Below are positions 11,982 through 23,878 of a stretch of 64,000 bases of DNA, in pieces. How positions within the stretch are numbered: the stretch's first letter is position 1; every line of letters begins with the position of its first letter. Location: positions 134,852,001-134,916,000 of the forward strand of contig NC_058368.1 in the NCBI RefSeq assembly GCF_018350175.1, read 5' to 3'. Below the pieces are notes generated by a model. The model did not search any database. It worked only from the letters and a program-made list of their open reading frames with translations, and was not told where the DNA came from. The position numbers were made by a program, and so were the translations under genes. The DNA comes from Felis catus (lineage: Eukaryota).

Positions 11982-13102
11982 AAAAGGGCTTAAAGAAAGT
12001 GAAAAACATTTCCTAAGCTGTTATAACATCTGTGTGTTCCATTTATTAGTTATTTGTAAGTGAATCCTATGTTTGTGTGATACTTTGGACGTAGTGGGAG
12101 ATGAATGAAATACAGTACACAGAAAGTTGATCATGTTCTCCCAAGGAGAAGTTACTGATTCTGTTCTACCAGCAGAGGGCTCCCTTTTTAAGCTAATAAA
12201 GAAGCAGTATGTGTCTTGCCCATGACTTTTCAAAGACTGAAATTGAACGGGGGAAAAAACTCAGCTCACACTTTCAGTAATGTAATAGAACCTCTGTGGT
12301 AGAGGATTGGACATATCGTGAGACATTAGAAGCAGAGTTTTCAAATCTCTCCAAGTCGAAGCTGTTAGGCTTTCCAGTGGCCAGTGTTCTGTGACAGAAT
12401 ACTGTTGGAGTAGTCAATATTTTAATCTTGGGGAAGTTTTGACACGGAACATCATGTAAATTTAGACAGATGCTAAAGAGACCGGTGTTTCCAAGGTTTC
12501 TGGCTTTAGAGAGACTATTTTTAAAAGTAGGACAAGATTCTGCAGCTCAGGATGCAAAGGTTTTCTCTGAACTCGCCTTACGTCCCTGTGATCAGCAGGC
12601 GGGAGCTGCAAGATTCACTTATAGACTCCTTTCTTCCCACTGGCAAGTAGGTTTTTCATGCTTTATCAGTCACACCAAAGGCAAGTTTGTAAAGACCCCT
12701 TGCCTACGTGGACTTTATGGTCCCCACCTAGATCTTCCTTTAGCACTCTCTGCATATGACCCTGGGGTCCCCTTCCTGTACAGAGTCTGAGGGTCTTACA
12801 GACAGATCCTTGTTGCCTCGAAGAGAACTAGAAGGTGTTGTTTTTTTTTAAACCTTTAAATAAGCTAAAAATAGAGAACAGAAAAAGTCAGTTTTGTTAT
12901 AGGTGTGAATTTTTTCACATGTGGCCTTTAAGACATTAACTTAAGTTTCACTTGTTAATTTTAACTTTATCTGGCAGAGGGAAGTAAATACAGGGCCAGT
13001 GGGTGGAGAAAAAGGAGTTTAGGACTGAATGTCAGAAGGCTAGGTTGTGGCCCCGGAGCTTTGATCTTGTGCAAACCCCTTCGATCCCCCTGGATCAGGA
13101 TC

Positions 13103-13103
<1 letters not shown>

Positions 13104-13148
<45 letters not shown>
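13104..13148 (+). repeat. (TG)n microsatellite, about 22 units
   Basis: Direct read. Confidence 0.97.
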
Positions 13149-13150
<2 letters not shown>

Positions 13151-14172
13151 CAGTGAGGTATTTGCTCGAAGTGGTCTTTGGATTACTTTCTGGTTTTAAA
13201 GTTAGTGATTCTGTGATTTTCCATTGTTAAGGTTCTTGGGATATTAGTAAAGCCATCCATCTATGCTGATGCAGAGCGAAAATTTTCTTAGGTCAAATTT
13301 TAGTGTGGTCCATTAGCACTTTCTCAAAGGACACAGATCCTCTGGAAAGGCTCATGGGCTCCTCACCCTCTCCTTTGCTCCATTTAGCAGTCAGACACAA
13401 CTTTTAACTACCAGACACTTCTAGGGCCAGTTAAACGTGAGTGGAAATTGGCTTCATAAAAGTAGCTCGCAGAGTGGGGTTTTTCTGCTCCTCTTCACGA
13501 GGTCGTGGAGCGAATGGGATCTACGTCTTCCCCACCAAACTCTCCTCCCAGGATCAAACGTTTTTTCCAACCCTGTACCCCTGCTCAGTTCCTCCGTAGG
13601 GCTTTCCTCCTACACCTGCGGGGCTGTCTGTGCTGGTGTGTGGGAGGAGGTGGACACGAGCAAGGCACGGTGTTCTGGGCTGTTCGGAGAGGTTCAGGCC
13701 TTTACAAGCAAGGCTTTGATTCTATTTTTGCTGAACTAGCTCAGCCACTTCCTGTGTTTGGCCGTGCATAGTGCCTCGCTTCACTGTGGCCACTTGAGCC
13801 CCGCGCGCTGCCGCAGCCAGTTAGAGAGACTATTTTAGGTCCCCTCACAATGGCCTTCTCATTTCCTTGGCGAAAATGAGCGAGTTGGGCTGGCAGTGGC
13901 CACTTGTTAGCCGATGACAACTTTGACTTTGACTTGGGCTCCCCTCCCCCACCCGAAATCCCTAGCTCAGCAAATATTTGAACCTGCCCAAGTTAATCAT
14001 GAAGCCGTGATCTTTATCTGCGAGACGTGCGAGCGCCGGGGCTTTCTCCCTCCCGCATACGGCACCACCGGCAGCCAGTGGCTGTGTCCATGGGGAGCGG
14101 GCGGTGAGCGGCGCTGCTGCGGCGGTCCCGTCCCGACGTCCGTGTCGCGCCGCGCGAGCCCGAGGGTCCCGC

Positions 14173-14199
14173 GCCGCCGCCGCCGCCGCCGCCGCCGCC
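14173..14199 (+). repeat. (GCC)9 trinucleotide repeat in the CpG island
   Basis: Nine uninterrupted GCC units. Confidence 0.95.
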
Positions 14200-14318
14200 C
14201 CTGCGCTCGGCGGGCGGGAGCGCTGCCGCGGAGTGGGCGCCACCGTGGGGGCGGCGGGGAGAGCCGGGGGCGGCGTTCGCGTTGTCGGAGACCGGCCTGG
14301 TCGCGGGAAACTGCAGAC

Positions 14319-14334
14319 ATGCATAACCTGCAAA
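14319..14334 (+). CDS. PIK3R1: Coding part of the alternative first exon of p50-alpha
   Basis: ATG CAT AAC CTG CAA A|gtaagt; joined to exon 8 gives [14 protein letters not shown], the known p50-alpha N-terminus. Confidence 0.95.
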
Positions 14335-15351
14335 GTAAGTTGCCTTTAACTTGTACCCCCCTCGCCGCTGCCCTGCTTTTGTGCTTGTGTGCCAGGTTCC
14401 CCTCTGTAGTTTGTCTTTGCGGGTGTGTCAGTGAGACGAAGTGCTGTCTGGGGAGGGCAGATAAGAGATTAGCGGAGACACTCCCCCCTTTCCTGGAGGG
14501 GCACAGTGTGCGGAAAAGATGGGCTTTAGGCTGGAAACGGGGAAGGAGGTAATTACAAAGTGCTTGGCTGGAAGTTGGTGCCCGGCCAGGCTTTGGAGAG
14601 ACGTGGAAAATCACCTGTCTCCCTCCCCTCCTCCCCTGGTCGGTTTGCCACATGGGATCCAGCAGCAGGACTGGTTTGCACCAAGTGCTCCCAAAGACAT
14701 GGGGTAGCCCTCTGGGCTGTTAGCCTGTCCACAGCTGCTGGCGGGACTCCTCCTGGGGGAGAGAAAACACGTTTTTATTAAAGTCAAAAATTTTTTCTGA
14801 CCCTCAGTCGAGGACATATCCCAACCACTTGGACCATTTTTGTGCGTGTGATTTTGAATTTAGGAATAGAAAAGTGGCCCGGGCCGTCCGCGGGAGGGTA
14901 TAGGTTGAGACTGCCTTCCTCATCAATGGGACAATAAATCCACCTAGACAGGATTCAAGCAGAGTGCTCGGTGAAATGACATGCCTTTGCTCTACTATTT
15001 TATATGATTCTAAATTTGATAGAGGGTCTAACAATAAATTTTAAGGGGTTCTGTATTCTTTAAATGGTCACACAAATATGTGACATACATAAGTGCATTG
15101 ATCACAAGCCCACTATAGTTTTTTTCAATCAGCTACTAACTGGGGATGGGGCTTTTCCTCCTCACCTCTTCATAATAATGTAAAGAGGTGGTTTATAATG
15201 GAAATGTACATTAAGCTCTAGTGAGGATGGGAAGACTATATGCAGAATGGCTGTAGAGAACTGAAATTAATAGATTTATAGAGGAATTGATTTCTTTACA
15301 TTAAATATTGCTACCCAGGAATAATAGTCCCCAGGGTAAGGCATTTGAGAT

Positions 15352-15367
15352 GGGGGGGGGGGGGGGG
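15352..15367 (+). repeat. G16 homopolymer
   Basis: Direct read. Confidence 0.95.
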
Positions 15368-15902
15368 CGAACAACCAAAAGTGATTACATCACTCTCCCC
15401 TCAAGCAGTATTAGCACAAGAAGTCGGAGGATGGGTTTATCAGTGACAGATAGTTTGCAAACATAACCCTACTTCTGCTCTGCATTCTTGATATATATGG
15501 CCCCTTTCTTTTTGGAAGGCGTAACTCACCTGGACTAGTCTTGTTAGACAGTAACATTAAATGTGTGCTGGTAATAGGCAGATCTTCATTCCTGTTGAGA
15601 TGTTGCATTATTATTCCCTAGTGGCTAGTGTTAACTTTAGTATGTTTGGTAGAAGGAGATTTTTCTTTAAATTGTGCTTTCTAATGTGGTACGTTTGTAA
15701 CAGTGTTTAAGTTCTGAGTTGTCAGTGAGTTATGCAGGAATGAAATTAAACATCCTGAGTTCTTGATCCCTTCTGCTTTTAATATATACAGGAGGCATTT
15801 AAGGACTGTAAAATATACCTTAAATATACCATTCTGATGCATTTGTAAGATTTTTAAACCAAGGCATGACCAGGCTCTCCATAAACCCAGATGCACTAGG
15901 GG

Positions 15903-15933
<31 letters not shown>

Positions 15934-16084
15934 CCGGGCTGCAGCATATCAGCTTTTGTCAACCTGCCAACAGCGGAGCGTACCATGCTGCAAGGAGTAA
16001 TAAAAAAGGAATTAGAGAACTCAGTGCTGGAGGAGAAGAGTCAAATTAAACACCTTTTTGAAACGATGAGCATGTATACATTGC

Positions 16085-16245
16085 AGTTCTATGAAATGTG
16101 GGTTCTTCCTGAGGCTGGGATTGTGTTAAGACTGGATCTAGAAGAGAAATGATGGAGCAGGAGTGGTCTGGTGACATTTTTCTGACTTGATTGGCTGGGG
16201 TGTGTGATGTAATAGGTTACAGTGCAGCCCCTTATAGGTTTTAAA
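16085..16245 (+). promoter_or_regulatory. Putative p55-alpha core promoter
   Basis: TTCTATGAA (GAS-type) 16087-16095, reverse CCAAT (ATTGG) 16190-16194, GGGGTGTG box, TGATGTAAT 16205-16213, TATA-like TTATAG, all upstream of the p55-alpha ATG. Confidence 0.55.
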
Positions 16246-16324
16246 ATGAATTCCAAGACACCATTACAAAGAAAGCCGGACTCTTTTCTTATAACTGAGC
16301 TCAGCCAAGGAAACTCTCGCACAA

Positions 16325-16430
16325 ATGTACAACACTGTTTGGAATATGGAAGACCTGGATTTAGAATATGCTAAGACAGATATAAATTGTGGCACAGACT
16401 TGATGTTTTATATAGAAATGGATCCACCAG
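16325..16430 (+). CDS. PIK3R1: Coding part of the alternative first exon of p55-alpha/AS53
   Basis: MYNTVWNMEDLDLEYAKTDINCGTDLMFYIEMDPP then CAG|gtaaca; known p55-alpha N-terminus, phase compatible with exon 8. Confidence 0.97.
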
Positions 16431-17809
16431 GTAACACTGCAGTATTCTTTTAGAAAGCTAGTTAATTTTGCGGATTTTTGGGGAGGGGGGAGATTGACAA
16501 CTACTGTAAACCGATCCTCTTAAGTTTTCTATTTTTTACTAATTTGTTGTAACTTAATAAAAATTAGTTTGATCATAGCTTGGACATTAAATCGTTTGCC
16601 TGTGGAAGCAAGCAGATCAGGCTGTCTGTTGGTAAATGGTTTTTTTTCTTACTTGAATAGATATGAATTGAATTCCAGTTTTTCACTGGTGTCTTTTGTT
16701 AGTCGAGGTCCTTTGGTATTTGTGTTGTATTGTTGTGTATCTTTCATACTGTGCCTTTAATTAAAATGATGCGTCCTTTGTGGTGCTTTTCTCTTTTGAC
16801 AGTGGATGGGAACAGTGGTACTTTGCAGTGATAACACTTGGTACTTTAGAAGGCGTGTAGAATGTAGCAGTGATTACAACTCAGTTGTAGGTGACCTGAA
16901 ACTATTCTAAATCAGACGCTGAGACTTTGCCTACTCTTATATTGAGACACTATATTGAGAAAAGGAGTTGGCTTGCCCTTATTTCATCCTAGTCCTCATA
17001 CAATGTTCTTGATAGACTCCTGAAATAATTTTTGCATGAAATACTGTCCTTTAAAACTTAACGACTTAGAATTCACTTACAAATCCTAGCCTTATTTTGC
17101 TTCCCAAATTTTCTTCCCGTATTAGCCCTGCTCCCAATTAAGAAATTCAGAAACACTTGACATTGAGGAAGAGGGATATGGTTTTTAATCAGTCTTGGCA
17201 TATACAGCACAATCTATCCACTAGAATATTAACATGAATGCTAAAGAGATTTAGGTCACAGATGAGTTTCTTAAAGTGGCTTTTGGCAAAAGAGGGCCTG
17301 AAATACTAAGATTAGAGAAACCCAATTCCTCCTCTTAAAACATATTGCTGTAGATGAGCTTTTTTCTTACAGCAACAGCATTTGTGGAGGACAGAAACCA
17401 AATTTGTCTTTTATAATTAAATAAGAGGAGGAAATTAAAGCCAACCCATGTGATTCCTCCTGCTCATATGTTCATGGTTTCCTATTTTAGATGGATTTGA
17501 TCAGGCCTGAAACTTTAATATAACTAGAGCCTAGAAGCAGAATGCCGGGACTCAGGATTTACTCTGAAATACACTCACATGGCCAGCCGGGTTTATTTGT
17601 TCATCTCTAAGCCGTTCTCTCTTTTTCACTTCCTTTTCTTTTTGATCCATGCTCTGAGAGATGCCTTTTTTTTTTTTTTTAAAGCAAACGATCATGTTTC
17701 ATGGAGTTGTGAATTACTGCTGTATTTCACAGTATCGTAAAGAAACTTAGTTCTCATTACAACCTTCCACCGTAGTTGGGATCGCAAACAACTTTTTGTT
17801 TCTCTTTAA

Positions 17810-17920
<111 letters not shown>

Positions 17921-18575
17921 TAAGGCTCCACAAACTCTGGAGTTTTCGCTAGAGACAGAGCTCTGGTTTTAGAGAAAGAAACACACCAGCTTGCTGAGTT
18001 CCATTTTTAGGATATCCTCCAACATAAGCATGAAGCATAGTTGGGTGTCTTCCAAAGAAGACCAGAGAAGTCCCTGAGCACTGGGGAACTGTTGGGTGCT
18101 GGATGCCACAGGAAATTAAATACTCGAGAAGTTTCATTATTGACAGAGAGGTCAGGAAAGCACCAGGGTGAGGTGGCCCACCGCCTTAAGGGAGGGTCCA
18201 GGGTCGCTTTCTGTTAGGCAGAAGTGTAAGAATTAATGTTAGTATCTTGTACATATGAAAAAGGCCTATTTATTCGTAGTTTGTTTTTTTTTTTTTTTTC
18301 CTGAAGGGGAGGAAGGAGTCCTTTTCAGGATCATGACTTTGTGAGCTCATTGGCCAGAGTGATTAGTGTGTTTGGACCACTGATAGACCAGTAATGAAAG
18401 GTTTTTTTGTTTTTTTGTTTTTTTTGTTTTTTCTTTCAGCTCCCAGTTTGTAATGAGATGAAATTTATTACATTTCTATATAAACAATACATATAATCAG
18501 AAAATGCAATTAACAAAGGGGTGGGGAGATAGAGGCTCTCTACATAGTTGGTGCTTCATTTTGCTGTGAAGCTAA

Positions 18576-18743
<168 letters not shown>

Positions 18744-18818
18744 TGAGTCCGGGAACATAGCAACGCTTGAGGTGTGTAAGTAGACACTGGAACACATTTC
18801 TAAAGAAGATTGTAATAA

Positions 18819-19082
<264 letters not shown>

Positions 19083-19120
19083 TAGAAAACATTGTGAAGC
19101 AGGTGAATTGCATGTAATAA

Positions 19121-19381
<261 letters not shown>

Positions 19382-20086
19382 TAAAATCTCAGAACTCTTA
19401 GTTACTAGGATCGAACATGTGTCAGTTCGGTTTAGGAAAAAGAAAGTAAAGTTGAGGTTTTGCTCATCAAGTGGGGAGAAAGATCATGTATTTGCAGATC
19501 ATTGTTTAATATTCATAGCATCTCTAATAAACCTTTTAAATGAAGCTCGTAAGTGTCAGAATGAGTTCTCGTGATGATAATTGCAGAGGTCGCTGGGAGT
19601 TTCAAGTGGATTCGACGTAACAACTCAAAAAGTTCCACAAACTTGTCTGACCTCCAAAATGAAGATTTAACTTTTTGATGCCCTGTAATAAAAAAAAAAA
19701 ATAAAAAAAGTATAGAAGCTCCATTTATGACAATGTTTTCCTGGAGAGGTAATCTTCTCTAGGCTATGATGTATCTAGAACCACCAGAGGGAGTAGAAGG
19801 CAACATGGATTCCTTAAATTGCTGATAAAGGGGAATGGCTTTTAAAATGAAAACTATAGGAAATTGTTAGGCAGTCTGCTTTCATAGACTGGGAAAATTC
19901 CCAAAGGAAATGTGTGCTTCTGTGATACTATTTTAATGGGTTTTGTGAATTAGAGGCCTTCCTTGCTAACACAGTCCCTTCCATGCTAGACAGGAATACC
20001 ATCAAATGTCCCGGCAGTGTCTCACAGTAACAAATTATCCGTTCTGTGAAAGGTATGACATTGTCTTATTAAACATTGTGTTGTAG

Positions 20087-20329
<243 letters not shown>

Positions 20330-20373
20330 TAAAAATGGCAGCACGAGAAAGCATTCTTTCTGACTTTGTATAA

Positions 20374-20610
<237 letters not shown>

Positions 20611-20707
20611 TAAGTCCTCGAGGCAGAACCCTGGGAGCAAATGACCGGCCGTTGCCAAAACCAAGGATCCATGATTAATGCATTTTCCTTTTCTAACTGT
20701 CTTCCAG

Positions 20708-20776
20708 GTGGTTGACTCAGAAAGGTGTTCGGCAGAAGAAGCTGAACGAGTGGCTGGGCAATGAGAACACTGAAGA
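20708..20776 (+). CDS. PIK3R1: PIK3R1 exon 14 (iSH2), 69 nt
   Basis: tccag|GTGGT...GAAGA|gtgagt; [23 protein letters not shown]. Confidence 0.98.
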
Positions 20777-21323
20777 GTGAGTGCTCACCGTAGGTGGGAG
20801 GCTGCCCGGGGGCTGGCGGGGGCGGGGGGGTCTTCATGGTAAGAGAACTCGTGACTTTGTTTGCAGACCAAGGGAGGAATTTCACGGAGTTTGGAACATC
20901 TTCTGTAAACCACATCGCATTATCCAGAATGTTACAAAAAAGGAAAGTTTAGTGAAGGATGCAGAGTTAGTTTTTACCCACAGTGCAATTGAGTGACTCT
21001 GTCTAGAAGGAAGGCCCCAAACCTGTAAAAATCCCCAGTGGGTTTCTGGAACAGTCGGGAGGAAAAAAAGGACACAATTCTGTTCAGTGTACCTCTAAAG
21101 CTTAAGGCTGGGTTTTGTTTGAATTACATGAGAAACTGGCAGTCCTCCTAGTCCGTCGGTTTCCTGATCTGAACTGGACAAACAGGATCGTTTGATACCT
21201 TCCCCTCTGCCCAGCTGCCTACATGCAGCTCCTGACTTACAAAGAGGAAGACTCTTACTACTGGGGCTCTTTGTCCAGGGAGGTCACATGGAAGGCTGAG
21301 CTCCACAGCCAAGTGCCGCCTGA

Positions 21324-21671
<348 letters not shown>

Positions 21672-21714
21672 TAACCTAGAGTAGGAAGTAAAAAAGATAC
21701 AATGTTTTTCAGGT

Positions 21715-21890
21715 CTAGGCAGAAGCATAGAAACCTGCTGTTGAGTTCAAAGACTGGGGTTTGGGTCTCAGTTCACCAACTACTTCATCTCATCATGAGC
21801 AGTCTCGATCTTCTCATCTTTAAAATGGAAGTAGCAACACGGGGGTTTTTTTGTTTTACTTCCCTAGGTTAATAGCATTAGAATATGAGG
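21715..21890 (+). mobile_element. MIR in intron 15
   Basis: gagttcaaagactggggtttgggtctcagttc...ttctcatctttaaaatggaa. Confidence 0.6.
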
Positions 21891-22254
21891 GAATTCACAA
21901 GAGAGCTCCACCCGCAGGTCAAGTCTGCACCAGGAACAGGGCCCAACAGCTAGAGAGAGAGGTCATTGGCCTTGAGATCAGTGTACCCAAGAGAAGACCT
22001 TTCTGGCATGTGGCGCGTTTTCCTTTTATGTCCCATGTGTTTGGGGAATACTATGAACACTAAGTTTCGGATCACTATGAGTTAAGAAAAGCGAGTGTCC
22101 TCTGGGAAGGAAAGGTTCTGAAAATTGCACCCAGCCATCTCCCTCCATTTAACCGGAGAAATATTCCTACTGAACAGGAGGGAGAGAGTTGAGGATAAAT
22201 GCAACGTGAGAGGCTGGTCTGCAAGAATGCAGCTCACGCCTGTGCTAACTGTAG

Positions 22255-22698
<444 letters not shown>

Positions 22699-23872
22699 AG
22701 CACTTGTCCTCTGATCCTTCTCCTGGAGCTCAACCACCCCGAGGCCTCTGGAAAGCACAGGGCTCCTCTCCAGCCTGACCTGTAATTGAGCTGAGGAAAC
22801 GCAGCCGTCTGACTTCAGATGGGACTCGAGCTTTCGACAAAAAAGTAGAGGGGAAGATACGCAGCCTAGCACTGTGCCAGGACCACACGTTTCTGGAGTC
22901 CTTGTCCTTTTTTTTAAATTTTTTTTTTTTTTATTTTTTATTTTTTGGTTTAATTTAAAGCCACAAGGACACACGACACAAAGAGAAAAAGAAATGCAAA
23001 AATCTCTGCGTGCAGGGACAAAGAGGCCTTTAACCATGGTGCTTGTTAATGCTTTTTGAAGCTTTACCAGCTCAAAGTTGGGACCTTGTAGACCAGAGGG
23101 TGGACGGGCTCAAGAGCCCTGGCCTGGGGACGCTCGAGGCGGGCTGCTTCAGCCTGGGTATGGGCTGTGCACGGTGGACCCAGACACATCGCACTGTGGA
23201 TTATTTCATTTTCTAACAAATGAACGGTATGTAGCAGAAAGGCACTTCGGCTCACCAGAGACGTTTTGGGAGAACGTCCGCTCACCTACGTTCAGAGGAA
23301 ATTCTGGTGCAGCTGAATGCCAGAAAGTGTTTCCTTTAAACTTTAAAAACCACCACGCCAACAGAAAAATGGAGCTTGGAAAACCGGACTTTAAAGGACA
23401 TTCATTATATAAAATATGTACATAACAATGGATGACTAACTATCAAATAGATGGATTTGTATCAATACCAAATAGCTTCTGTTTTGTTTTCCTGAAGACT
23501 AAATTCACAGTGCTATGCAATTCTTAATTTTCATTGTTCTCAGTTTTAAATGTACCTTCAGAATAAGCTTACCCCATCCCAATTTTTGTTGCCTGAAAAT
23601 ATTATTGTCCCTAATTTTTTTTTGTTAATATTCATTTTGTGATTTTTTTTTTTTTAAAGAAGAAATGTGTACAGGATGCCAGTAAAAACAAAAAACAAAA
23701 AAAAAACAAAAAAAACAAAAATGGCTTCAGAATTAAAACTATGAATTATTTTACACTTTTTCTTGTACAGAGTACTTGGCTGTTAGCCCAAGGTTAAAAA
23801 GTTCATAACAGATTTTTGTGGACTAAATGTTTTGTTGGGCAGTGCCTGATAAGCTTCAAAGCTGCTTTATTC

Positions 23873-23878
23873 AATAAA
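23873..23878 (+). terminator. Proximal polyadenylation signal (candidate)
   Basis: AATAAA preceded by TTTATT; runs into an A-rich tract. Confidence 0.45.

Larger units (their letters stand above)
13790..14370 (+). promoter_or_regulatory. Intragenic CpG island, p50-alpha promoter
   Basis: Very high GC and CpG density, GC boxes (GGGCGG), directly upstream of the MHNLQ exon. Confidence 0.88.

Noticed and set aside
13962..14653. Long antisense ORFs (123 aa, 218 aa) over the CpG island
   Set aside because: Low-complexity Ala/Arg/Pro products expected from stop-poor GC-rich DNA; no recognisable domain.
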